Assembly: GCA_050246315.1 (NCBI GenBank) | Contig: JBFWWG010000002.1 | Span: forward strand, 96,001-160,000 | DNA from: Nitrospiraceae bacterium | GTDB taxonomy: Bacteria > Nitrospirota > Nitrospiria > Nitrospirales > Nitrospiraceae | Reading direction: 5' to 3' | DNA: 64,000 nucleotides | Shown here: one piece after another, positions 28,963 to 37,758 of the stretch | How the letters are laid out: each line of letters starts with the position of its first letter | Position numbering within the stretch: the stretch's first letter is position 1 | Notes under the pieces: model-generated | The model's database searches: none | What the model saw: only the letters and a program-made list of their open reading frames with translations | Told to the model about the DNA's origin: nothing | Position numbers and translations under genes: made by a program

Positions 28963-31116
28963 CTACTTCCCTTTGCGCGGAGGACGCCTGGCTCCGCGAG
29001 TCCTGCCGGTCGTGCCGAGGTTTCTGGATGCCGACCCGGCTTGATTGCCTGTCGCTTTGTCGCCGGAGAACAGCGGCAATTGAGCTGCTTTGCCCTTTGA
29101 CTTTGTGGCTTTCTGAGTGTTCTCGTGGACGATCTTTGCAGCCTTCCGGCCGAGTCTCTCCGTCGGCCCGTCCGTCGCGGACTGCCCTTCACCGCAGTCG
29201 GCATCCACAGATGAGGTAGTGGACACTGATGGAGTTGACTCCGCATCGACAGTCGCCTCCTCCACAATCGACACCTCCCCTTCCACCCCCTCCTGCGTTA
29301 CGATGAGGGAATGAGGCAGACCTTCCGGACCGGCGCCGGTCTTGCCGAGAACCTCGTCTGTCTTGGTTCCACCGGTACGCGTGGAGGCAATCTTTTGGAG
29401 TTGAGCCTTGAGTTTCTCCTTGGGCAACTTTCCGCCCTTGAGTCGGTTGCAGGCCTCGACGACTTCCTCGATATATAGCGCGAAGATGTTGCGCCGGCGA
29501 AACTCGCTCTCTGCCCGATCCCGCCGCCGCATGAAGACACCGAGCCGTCGGCCACATTCGCGCAGAGCCAGCGTGATCTCCTTCCGGATCTCGTCGTAAT
29601 CGGCGATCGCCTCTTTGGATTCGCTGGTAAAGGGCACCCAAACTGAGGCCATATGCACAAAGATCACCATCGGTCCGCCCGGAAGCGCCCCGCGAGACTG
29701 AGGAATGCCGTAATGCCGCCAGGTCGTGTCGAGCACCGCCTTGAAGGTGGCGCAGGCCGATTGTTGATAGAGCAACGGCACGCGGTTGGCGTAACGGATG
29801 ACACGTGCCAATTCCGTATCATCATCCAGATGTTCCCCCTCTGCGCGCGGCAGGTCCGCCGACTTCTGAGCCTTGGCCATGTCCTCCGGCCCCCGGCCAT
29901 AGGCCAAGCCGGCTTCGATGATGAAGGGATTGCCCCGGTACACGGCCGGCGGGCGGCTGACCGCCGTATAGAACTCACCTTTGATCTGTTTGTACAGGCC
30001 CGACAAAATCGCCTTTTCGCCGATGGGCGAGAGACAATTGGTCGGTGGAGCCATGATCTTGGTGGTTTGAATCGTTTTGTAGAGTGTCTCTGCAGGATGG
30101 CCATGAATGGACCGCGGCGTGGCATCTGGCGAGACCTTTGCGGTCTTGCAGATCTCCTCGGCGAGGGCGGGCGAGACCCGGCAGAAATCGGCGGCGAGAA
30201 AGCCCGAGACCGAATGGCTCTTGGTATCGTGGAGCATCTTCAGCATCATTCCAAACTCGATGCCGTAGGGATGCGGCTTGATCTCGCGTGGTGAGGGCGG
30301 CAATTCGTGATACGTTCGCGGGTAGGTCTTTGATTCGCCTTCCGGCGTCAGGTACGTGAGTTTCACATGCGGATTGGCGATGATCGTCTGCTCCACATAC
30401 TCATCGACCGAGGCCCGTCCCTTCTGGTACCGGCCCTCGACCTCCAGCGTGACCTGCGTGCCGCGCGGCTGATCCCAGTCGATCTGCTTTTTCTCTAGAA
30501 TCAGCGGCTCGTTTTTCTTGGTATCGATCTGTACCTCGAAATAATGAGCGGCGGACCGGGGGCTGGTGCGCGAAATAATCTTGACCGGCTTGCCGGTTGT
30601 CAACTGCCCGTACATGCCGGCCGCAGAAATGCCGATCCCCTGCTGCCCCCGGCTCATACGGAGGCGATGGAACTTCGAGCCGTAGAGCAGCTTGGCGAAG
30701 ATCTTCGGCACCTGCTCGCGGACAATGCCGGGCCCATTGTCCGCAACCGTGATGCGAAACCGGTTGGCCTGGCTGGCCGGTGGCGTGGTGTCGCCGTTCG
30801 AGGCCACCTCGATCTTCACCAGCACGTCGGGAAGAATGCCCGCTTCCTCGCAGGCGTCCAGTGCATTATCAACAGCCTCCTTCACACAAGTCAGCAAGGC
30901 CTTGCGCGGGTTGTCAAAACCCAACAGGTGCCGATTCTTGGTAAAGAACTCGGAAACGGAAATTTCCCGCTGCCGCGATCCCATCTCCACCGCCGTCACG
31001 GCCTGGGCGGCTCGGCTGGCGCCGGACGCGGACTTCTTGGCAATGGTTTGGACCGTTGGGGATGCGGTTGTTGTCGCGGAGGCGGAGGGTGATGCGGGCG
31101 GTTTGCTCTTGGCCAT
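28963..31116 (-). CDS. top6B: DNA topoisomerase VI subunit B with long disordered termini
   Basis: SEFF.KN..LLGF, GHKL motifs KEAVDNALDA, DNGPGI and SRGQQGIGIS, then RYANRVPL, W..YG and SKEAIA. Confidence 0.95.
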   Translation of the reverse strand: MAKSKPPASPSASATTTASPTVQTIAKKSASGASRAAQAVTAVEMGSRQREISVSEFFTKNRHLLGFDNPRKALLTCVKEAVDNALDACEEAGILPDVLVKIEVASNGDTTPPASQANRFRITVADNGPGIVREQVPKIFAKLLYGSKFHRLRMSRGQQGIGISAAGMYGQLTTGKPVKIISRTSPRSAAHYFEVQIDTKKNEPLILEKKQIDWDQPRGTQVTLEVEGRYQKGRASVDEYVEQTIIANPHVKLTYLTPEGESKTYPRTYHELPPSPREIKPHPYGIEFGMMLKMLHDTKSHSVSGFLAADFCRVSPALAEEICKTAKVSPDATPRSIHGHPAETLYKTIQTTKIMAPPTNCLSPIGEKAILSGLYKQIKGEFYTAVSRPPAVYRGNPFIIEAGLAYGRGPEDMAKAQKSADLPRAEGEHLDDDTELARVIRYANRVPLLYQQSACATFKAVLDTTWRHYGIPQSRGALPGGPMVIFVHMASVWVPFTSESKEAIADYDEIRKEITLALRECGRRLGVFMRRRDRAESEFRRRNIFALYIEEVVEACNRLKGGKLPKEKLKAQLQKIASTRTGGTKTDEVLGKTGAGPEGLPHSLIVTQEGVEGEVSIVEEATVDAESTPSVSTTSSVDADCGEGQSATDGPTERLGRKAAKIVHENTQKATKSKGKAAQLPLFSGDKATGNQAGSASRNLGTTGRTRGARRPPRKGK

Positions 31117-31254
31117 TTAACCTCTCATGAGTTCAGACAGATTGCATCCCTTCCGCTTCTTGAGCGGGTCATTCGGACGATCACCGATTGGTCACGATGG
31201 ATACGAAGGATGGTACAACCTGCGTCACACACCAGATGAAGCGATACGGTTATG

Positions 31255-31406
31255 GTGGGAGGAGGACGCACCTACCGAGAGCTTGTAGGTACGGCGGAGA
31301 TCTTGGTGAGACATTAGGCTTCCCAGTCCAAGCTGGGCTTGCACACCGTCCTCAGCGCTCGACCTCCTGGTGATCCATATTCCCTCGGGGCGTTAACTCC
31401 TCCCAC
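31255..31406 (-). ncRNA. Structured RNA, probable 6S RNA (SsrS-like)
   Basis: 10-bp closing stem GTGGGAGGAG/CTCCTCCCAC. Nested stems CCGAGGG/CTCTCGG and GGAGGTC/GATCTCC, with G-U pairs favouring the minus strand. Apical CGGTGTGCAAGCCC...GGGAAGCCT. Has its own promoter. Confidence 0.65.
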
Positions 31407-31412
31407 GCGGGT

Positions 31413-31441
31413 ACGATATGCCCGTCACGCGCGCGAGTCAA
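31413..31441 (-). promoter_or_regulatory. sigma70 promoter of the structured RNA
   Basis: TTGACT-N17-TATCGT, with 6 nt between the -10 box and the first G of the closing stem. Confidence 0.65.
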
Positions 31442-31643
31442 GAGAGTCGTCATACTGGGCAGCCGATCGTGGCCGACGACTCATGCCGATACCTCGCGGT
31501 CTGGTGCGTATGCCTGTCGGTGAGCCGTGCCTTCCTCCTGGTCTGACTCTCTGCCCACTTGTGACATTTTCTTAAACGGCCTAAGATGTTTCCGGACTTA
31601 CATCACCATGCCATTGCTCCCCACTCGCCTAAGGAGGTGCGCT

Positions 31644-31952
31644 ATGCCGACCTACGTCAGTCTCGTGAAGTTCACGCAGCTCGGGCTCCAATCCATGAAG
31701 GATAAGGGCGTCGAGCGGGCCGAGATGGTCAAGAAAAATGCCCAGGCACTCGGGGGCAAACTCCTACAGGCCTACTATTGCCTCGGCGAGTACGATGTGA
31801 TCGCCATTTGGGATTTCCCCGACAACAAGACGGCCATGAAAGCAGCCGTGTTGAATGCCTCACTCGGCCATATCCAAATCAAGACCATGCCGGCCGTCAA
31901 CCGAGACGACTGGAAGAAGCTCTTGCAAGAAACAATCGCCAAGCACAAGTAG
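31644..31952 (+). CDS. GYD domain protein
   Basis: MPTY..L.KFT..G and Y.CLGEYD motifs. AAGGAGG RBS. Confidence 0.88.
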   Translation: MPTYVSLVKFTQLGLQSMKDKGVERAEMVKKNAQALGGKLLQAYYCLGEYDVIAIWDFPDNKTAMKAAVLNASLGHIQIKTMPAVNRDDWKKLLQETIAKHK

Positions 31953-31977
31953 CAGACTGCAAGAGGAGTCGGCCGAG

Positions 31978-32054
31978 GTCGGCGTTCAGCGCGCTTCCGG
32001 GTGAAGAGCGCGGTTCGGGGGCGATCTGTCACGTTCCTCGACTGAAGCCCCGAC
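31978..32054. other. Branched stem-loop between convergent genes (possible terminator or REP-like element)
   Basis: Outer stem GTCGGCGTTCAG/CTGAAGCCCCGAC encloses two hairpins. Confidence 0.3.
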
Positions 32055-32057
32055 GCG

Positions 32058-32234
32058 TCATTTTTTTCTGTACACGTTCAGGCCGACCTTCTCTTGCCGG
32101 TTCGGAATAGTCACATTCCCCTCTGTCGAGGCGATGATGATGGTCTTGCCGGAGGCCGAGGGCCCGAACTCTTTTGACAGGTCCACCTTGATCGTCAGCG
32201 TTGATCCCTCCACATTCATCTCCACATTTTTCAT
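32058..32234 (-). CDS. 58-aa small protein (absent from ORF track)
   Basis: GAGGGAGG RBS. Translates as MKNVEMNVEGSTLTIKVDLSKEFGPSASGKTIIIASTEGNVTIPNRQEKVGLNVYRKK*. Confidence 0.85.
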   Translation of the reverse strand: MKNVEMNVEGSTLTIKVDLSKEFGPSASGKTIIIASTEGNVTIPNRQEKVGLNVYRKK

Positions 32235-32365
32235 GGTATCGCCTCCCTCACCGCCGTTAGCCGCACCACCAGGACTTTCGGTTCATGACATCAGAGATCC
32301 TTCTCAACCCTCTTTATCCATGAGCATCCATCGACACCCAGATTGCATCCTGATTCCCTTTTCTT

Positions 32366-32611
32366 TCAGCTCCACAATTTGAGCCAAACATAGGGCGTCA
32401 GGTAATACGCCACGGCTGACATGAGTACCGCCAGGGCGATTCCGAACAATCCCATGATCCATAAACCGACGAACGGCAGTAGGAAGACGATCAGGATCAT
32501 CGCAATCGCGATGGGCGTGTGGCGTTCATAGAACTCCCTGCGCTGGGCAGCCCTCAGGGAGGTGATGAAGGACAATTCGGAAGCACGCGTCATCCGGTCA
32601 GGAGAATCCAT
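32366..32611 (-). CDS. Small two-TM membrane protein
   Basis: 81-aa ORF with a hydrophobic hairpin. Confidence 0.6.
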   Translation of the reverse strand: MDSPDRMTRASELSFITSLRAAQRREFYERHTPIAIAMILIVFLLPFVGLWIMGLFGIALAVLMSAVAYYLTPYVWLKLWS

Positions 32612-32690
32612 TTCACGGGGTTGAAATTGCAGCCTCGACGCTCAAGCCCTCGCGTACGCAGATCGCGGAACCGTTCCTGAATCGCTCCGG

Positions 32691-33113
32691 CTACAGAGAG
32701 AAGCCCCACGCATGGGCATGGAAGGTCAACGTGCCAGGACCGGCCTTCCGTTGGACGCGAAATACCAATTGTTCGCCGGGCCGAATCGGAATCGGGCCTT
32801 GTATGAGGCCGACATATCGCCCGAGACCGTTCTGATTGAGACCCCCGGATTGTACGATTGGGACGTCGATTCGATCCTCGATAGTGGGCGGGATCGGAGG
32901 ATCACTGGGATTGGGACCTCGCACCACCATGCTGACACACAGATTCTCTTGCGGTGCATCCTCCATGATCATGACGCTGGCCAGTTGAAGCACGAAGGAT
33001 TTCGTCTTGAGATCGATGAGGACGAGCTCCTCCGCAACATTGTTCCCTCCAGTCCCAAGCGAGGCGCTTCGGCGGACAATGTTTTTAGGAATACCGAGAA
33101 ATTGTTCCGGCAT
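32691..33113 (-). CDS. Hypothetical beta-rich protein
   Basis: AAGGAGG RBS before the ATG at 33113. Confidence 0.65.
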   Translation of the reverse strand: MPEQFLGIPKNIVRRSASLGTGGNNVAEELVLIDLKTKSFVLQLASVMIMEDAPQENLCVSMVVRGPNPSDPPIPPTIEDRIDVPIVQSGGLNQNGLGRYVGLIQGPIPIRPGEQLVFRVQRKAGPGTLTFHAHAWGFSL

Positions 33114-33264
33114 GGACACCTCCTTGGTCGTGCAGGATCCGACTCTGACTCATCAAGATATTTCGCAATACATGTGGCGTCGTCGCGGTCGCGACGTGAC
33201 CTCAGCTAGTGATTCCCCATCTCGCGCCGCACAACCTATTGACTCCGTAGACCACCAGAGCATG

Positions 33265-33870
33265 TCATCGCGCCATCTGTCCCTGGATAAAGACCGACTG
33301 CTCCAGAGTCCGGAAAAATTGTTGGTAGGGTTCGGGAGTCTCGACGGCCCGTAGGTAGAACTGGGTGCTCGCTCGCACCACGAGTTGTGATTCGTCTCGG
33401 GTTCGCACTGTGACGGTGAGTCGCACGAGGTCGCTGCGGTTCCAGAAGGGCCCCCAAGTGCGATAATTTCTGGTCAGAAACAGCAGCGTATCCGGACGGT
33501 AGAGGAGATAGGAAGGGTCCGGTCCGACTCGCGAGCGTTCCAGATCGACGTATTTCTTGCCGGAGACGATCCCCAGCGCTTCGTCCAGGACTTCGATCTT
33601 GAAATCCAAATCCTGCATCGTGGCCACGATGGCCTGCAACAGGTTCGTACGGTCTGTCGTCTCGTAGACGCGGGTTTGCCCCGCCCGCACCTTGACCTGA
33701 CTTGCTTCCGATAGCCAGATCTGCTCGCGAGCATTCCACTGGTTCTCATGCCGCCATTCATAAGGCGAGCAACCTTGGGACATCAGTCCAAGCGAAATGA
33801 TCGATGCATAGATGAGGCCTCTGGCGGACGGAGAGGATCTCGTCGCGCATTCTCGATGTCGGACGGCCAT
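33265..33870 (-). CDS. Lipoprotein, paralogue 3 of a QTR..ET/QDL.F family
   Basis: SQGC lipobox-like motif. Shares motifs with the two upstream genes. Confidence 0.8.
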   Translation of the reverse strand: MAVRHRECATRSSPSARGLIYASIISLGLMSQGCSPYEWRHENQWNAREQIWLSEASQVKVRAGQTRVYETTDRTNLLQAIVATMQDLDFKIEVLDEALGIVSGKKYVDLERSRVGPDPSYLLYRPDTLLFLTRNYRTWGPFWNRSDLVRLTVTVRTRDESQLVVRASTQFYLRAVETPEPYQQFFRTLEQSVFIQGQMAR

Positions 33871-33888
33871 AACCTCTGTTGGTCTCCT

Positions 33889-34335
33889 TTACCTCCGCTC
33901 TTCCCGACCGAGGAACAGCGACCGTTCCAACGAGGCAAAGAAATTCTGATAGACTTTGGGATCCTCAATGGGCCGATTGTTGTAGATGGCATTGACGCGG
34001 ATCATCATGCGTTCATCACCTTCCGGACGCACGGTGACGGTCACGCTCACGACGTCGTAATAGTTGGGCTCAGCGAACCGGGCCGCCGTCACCAACCCCA
34101 GCGGTTCGTTGGCGCGTTCGATGATGAAGCCCAAGTCTTGCAACGCGGCGATGACCCCGCGGATAGCAAGGTTTCGGTCTCTTGTCTCAAACGACCTGCT
34201 CTGCAAACTCCGGATCTTCATCTGCGCGTCCGTCGGCGCCAACAGCTCTTGCGTAGGCTGCGGCGTCTCACACCCATATAACAGGAAGGCCCCCACGAGG
34301 ATGACGGCTGCACAGACCATTTGATGGCGACTCAT
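33889..34335 (-). CDS. Lipoprotein, paralogue 2
   Basis: LYGC lipobox and QSRSFET...LQDLGF...YQNFF. Confidence 0.82.
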   Translation of the reverse strand: MSRHQMVCAAVILVGAFLLYGCETPQPTQELLAPTDAQMKIRSLQSRSFETRDRNLAIRGVIAALQDLGFIIERANEPLGLVTAARFAEPNYYDVVSVTVTVRPEGDERMMIRVNAIYNNRPIEDPKVYQNFFASLERSLFLGREERR

Positions 34336-34356
34336 GTGCCCTCTCGAATGCGCTCG

Positions 34357-34956
34357 CTATATGGTAAAGGCTTCCAAAAAGACGGCCTTTGACAATTTGG
34401 CGAAGAACTGTTGATAAATTTCCGGGTCTCGGATCATCTCCATATACTGTTCCCCCGGCGGAATATATTGCCGATCGGCCTGTCCGTCCCCCTTCCACAC
34501 CACCCGATAGAACATGATGCGCACTTCCTGTCTGGTCGTCTCAGCATTCAAGGGCCTGGTGATCAAGGAAGCGGCGATCTTCTGGTGCAAATCGACCGGC
34601 ATCTGCAAGTGTCCGAGCGATAACAGCAAAGCCAGCACCCGTTGGATATCCTGGCCGTACTCGCGAGCGCTCCGTTCCTTTGTCGCACGAAGAAAGCCCA
34701 CTTCCTTGACGCTTTCCTCCACCTGAAAGCCAAGATCCTGGAGTACGGCGGCGGAGGCTGAGAGCAATTCCAGCTCGTTGGGCGTTTCGAAGAACCGGGT
34801 CTGCATTGCTCGGTTTCTTGGAATCTCCGGCGACAGAGCAAAGAAATCAGCCGGCTGTGTCTCTGGAGCGCAGCCGGCCGCCGTGGCCACCAGCAGGCAC
34901 AGGATCACGGGCAATCCCACGCCTATGGCGAGCGGTCTCCCAGGCTGTCGGCTCAT
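34357..34956 (-). CDS. Lipoprotein, paralogue 1
   Basis: AAGC lipobox and QTRFFET...LQDLGF...YQQFF. Start taken at MSRQPG. Confidence 0.82.
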   Translation of the reverse strand: MSRQPGRPLAIGVGLPVILCLLVATAAGCAPETQPADFFALSPEIPRNRAMQTRFFETPNELELLSASAAVLQDLGFQVEESVKEVGFLRATKERSAREYGQDIQRVLALLLSLGHLQMPVDLHQKIAASLITRPLNAETTRQEVRIMFYRVVWKGDGQADRQYIPPGEQYMEMIRDPEIYQQFFAKLSKAVFLEAFTI

Positions 34957-34981
34957 GCGAGCCGAACCGTGGTGGGAGCGG

Positions 34982-35389
34982 CTAAAACTGAGTCGCGTTG
35001 TACGCAAAGTCTCGGACCTTCTTCTCTTCGTCGTATTTGATGATGATGGTGAGTGTGCGTTGGCGTTGTGAACTGGAGCTGTCCTGAGCACTGGTCCCCA
35101 GGATGATGAGGCCGGCGAAGGAGGAACTGCTGGTATCGACCCGGTCTGTGGACACTTTATCGTAGATCCAGACTTCTCGGCGTTTGTCGTCGGTTGTGAC
35201 GATATTGGGCGAGCCGAGAATTTGCGCGACTTCGGCAGCGCTGATGCCGACCTTGATCTCGCCTTGAACCTTCCCAACGGTCAGGCGGTCTTCCTTGATT
35301 TCGGCCCGTTCCGAACTGCAGCCGGTCCATGCTCCCAGTAACCCGATCGAGAGACACCATCCCAGCACCACCCTGCTCGCTTTCATCAT
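34982..35389 (-). CDS. SmpA/OmlA (BamE-like) lipoprotein
   Basis: WTGC lipobox-like motif and IKVG.S.AEV..ILGSP...EVWIY...L.I.YD...V pattern. Confidence 0.75.
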   Translation of the reverse strand: MMKASRVVLGWCLSIGLLGAWTGCSSERAEIKEDRLTVGKVQGEIKVGISAAEVAQILGSPNIVTTDDKRREVWIYDKVSTDRVDTSSSSFAGLIILGTSAQDSSSSQRQRTLTIIIKYDEEKKVRDFAYNATQF

Positions 35390-35417
35390 GCTTACCCTTT
35401 CTGGGCTCTCCCCTCTA

Positions 35418-35719
35418 CCCACATGTTTCATGAACGCTCCTGCTGGCCAGGCCCATTACGACAGAAGAGCATGGGCGCCTCGATGCGTTGCTGCGACGAT
35501 ATCGGTCAATGGTCACAATCTTCTCCGCCGCGAGATGATCGTACGCAGCGACCCAACCGAATCCAGGTATGGCAGCCGGGCTCGCCGCTCAGTCCCTCGC
35601 CGCACTGTTGCAATTACGCCTCAGCCCTTCACGGCTGTGCCTACCCGTCACGCCTCACGACTGCCGCTACCCGTTGCTGCTTCATGTGCAACGCGACGAA
35701 GCGTCCTGAAGAATGCAGG
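35418..35719. mobile_element. MITE-like element, copy 2 (diverged)
   Basis: Left end CCCACATGTTTCATGAACGCTCCTGCTG and right end CGTCCTGAAGAATGCAGG-CTAA match copy 1. Shares the internal GGCTCGCC.CTCA...ACTGTT.CAA.TA.GC segment. Confidence 0.65.
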
Positions 35720-36002
35720 CTAAAGCCTCTGCGCCAGAGGAAATACGCTGTTTGCTTCACGAAATCAACAGGACTGAGCTGAATGACCCGTCGTGACGGC
35801 GATAAAACCCCGGTCGGCGGCCATGCTCGTCGGTCTCAGGTCGAATGCCAGCCCTACCCAAACTTTCCGGGCACTTTCCCCTCCTTCTGTGCTCCTTCCC
35901 GATTCTGGCCGGGCTCCCCTATGCTCTAGCCACATGTACTCCGAACCGCCGCTCACTCCTCGACGCGCATCGGACCGAGGGTAATATGCAGGGAGAACAA
36001 AC

Positions 36003-36614
36003 ATGACCCGCAAGTACCCACAGATACCTCGTTTCCCAAGCGTGATGGCGCTCAGCTTCCTCCTCACCGGATGCCTGTCCACTCCCTCTGTCCCGCCCGT
36101 ACCCTCCACGATCGTCAAGGTTGTGGCGCAACGACTTCCCGAAAGAGGCACTCGGGTCATCGTCTGGGATGTGGCTCATCCTCGTCGAGACGCATCTGAG
36201 GCAGCGCAGGCCGCCATTTTCGAGTTACTGGGAAAAGAGATGATCGTCACCGAGCGAGCCGAAATCGAACGCTTGTTACACATTCAAAAGTTTTCGCTGA
36301 CGCATGGGGCCGAAGACACGATTCTGCGTGTCGGACGGTTGATGAATGCTCAACAGATCGTGTTTGTACGACAAGAAGACGGCCATGTTCATCTCCGGGG
36401 AGTCGATGCCGAAAGCGGGCGCATACTGTGGACCGGCGAAGGCTGGACCGTCACGCCTCGATACTCTCGATACGGGTACATGCGGCACGACCGGTGGGCT
36501 GACGAAGGCGCCAAGATCATCCACGCCATTCTTGCGGAACTGTGGAAGCAGGACGAGCAAATTCCCACGCAAACTGCTGGAGGACCCGATCCCAGCATGT
36601 CTGCTCGCCGGTAG
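36003..36614 (+). CDS. CsgG/TolB-N-like lipoprotein
   Basis: LTGC lipobox and VTER.EIE.LL..Q...VGRL.NA...VDAESGRILW pattern. Confidence 0.7.
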   Translation: MTRKYPQIPRFPSVMALSFLLTGCLSTPSVPPVPSTIVKVVAQRLPERGTRVIVWDVAHPRRDASEAAQAAIFELLGKEMIVTERAEIERLLHIQKFSLTHGAEDTILRVGRLMNAQQIVFVRQEDGHVHLRGVDAESGRILWTGEGWTVTPRYSRYGYMRHDRWADEGAKIIHAILAELWKQDEQIPTQTAGGPDPSMSARR

Positions 36615-36897
36615 GTTGAGAGTGCTCATCACTCTGACGCCGTTGCATGAGCCTCGATCGCCTGCATTGGTGATCGACGTTGCCTGTCCCACTGGGTCTG
36701 TCAGATGCCGGACCGCAAGCCACGTTCATCGTCACTGCCCGCATTCACCCATCTGGCCCGCCCGCTTCGTGCGCTGATCGAGACCACAAGACGCTTCTCT
36801 GGATGTTGTGCCCGCCGTCCCTCCAAGGCAGGGACTCACCTACCAATGCCCGATGGTTGCCACGCGATCCATTTCGATACCCTGACACAGCTTTGAA

Positions 36898-37377
36898 GTG
36901 GCCGCCTATCAGGAAAGCGATGACTTCCTCGAACCTCAAATGCTGCGACTGGCCCTAACGACCGCGAGTTACATGGGACTGTTGACGCTCTTGGCCGTCG
37001 CCACGCCTGGAGTCGGCCTGGTTGGCGCCGGCATCTCGATCGTGCCTGATCATCTTCGCGGGTGGGCTCATGTCCCGATGTATGGAGGGCTTGCCTGGCT
37101 GGTGATCTACTCCGCACGAGCACGCGGGTGGCCGGTCGCCTCGGCGGTGATTGTCGGAGTAGCTTTCTCGATGACGTTCGGAGTCTGGATGGAATTGGCG
37201 CAGATCTCGGCGCCAGGCAGAGAACCTTCAATCGAGGATCTCCTCTTCGACGGTTTGGGCGTCATCATGGCGGCACTGTGTGCCGTGGGATTCGCAACCT
37301 GGCGCATAACCGGATGGCTGCCCTTCATCCTCGGATTCAAACCGGCAGCGCTTTCACATGATAGGAGCGCACGATGA
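36898..37377 (+). CDS. VanZ-family membrane protein
   Basis: H...YG.LA and E..Q...PGR..S..DL..D..G motifs. Alternative start at 36940. Confidence 0.75.
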   Translation: MAAYQESDDFLEPQMLRLALTTASYMGLLTLLAVATPGVGLVGAGISIVPDHLRGWAHVPMYGGLAWLVIYSARARGWPVASAVIVGVAFSMTFGVWMELAQISAPGREPSIEDLLFDGLGVIMAALCAVGFATWRITGWLPFILGFKPAALSHDRSAR

Positions 37378-37715
37378 TATCTCACTTACACCGACGCACC
37401 GGCAGACGAACGATTCTGAACTGTGCGGTGTACTATTCTAACGAGGGCTTCCACGCCAGCGGTCGGACGGGCAATCTCTCCCGCACGGGAGGCTGTGTCG
37501 AGGGGACCGAGCCGGTCAGGCCCGGGATGAGGCTCTCCGTCCTGGTCATTCCGCCCGATCCGCACGATTCGATCTGGGTCGCGGGGGCCACGGTACGATG
37601 GTGTCGAGGAACACAGTTCGGCGTTGAATTGACCGACATGCCCCTGGGTTCGCAAATGCGACTCGCCCGACTGGTAGCTTTCCACGGCCCGAGGCTCTGG
37701 GCCAGCATGGCCTGA
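37374..37715 (+). CDS. Single-domain PilZ protein
   Basis: RRTGRR, NLSRTG and VRW...FGVE motifs. ATGA overlap with the vanZ-like gene. Confidence 0.82.
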   Translation: MISHLHRRTGRRTILNCAVYYSNEGFHASGRTGNLSRTGGCVEGTEPVRPGMRLSVLVIPPDPHDSIWVAGATVRWCRGTQFGVELTDMPLGSQMRLARLVAFHGPRLWASMA

Positions 37716-37758
37716 TCACGCCGGTCCCAGGTCACCGGCATTGTGTCCATGCACGATC

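Noticed and set aside
31561..31571. GTGACATTTTC, shared with the palindrome near 16284
   Set aside because: An 11-bp match without the second palindrome arm. Could be chance.
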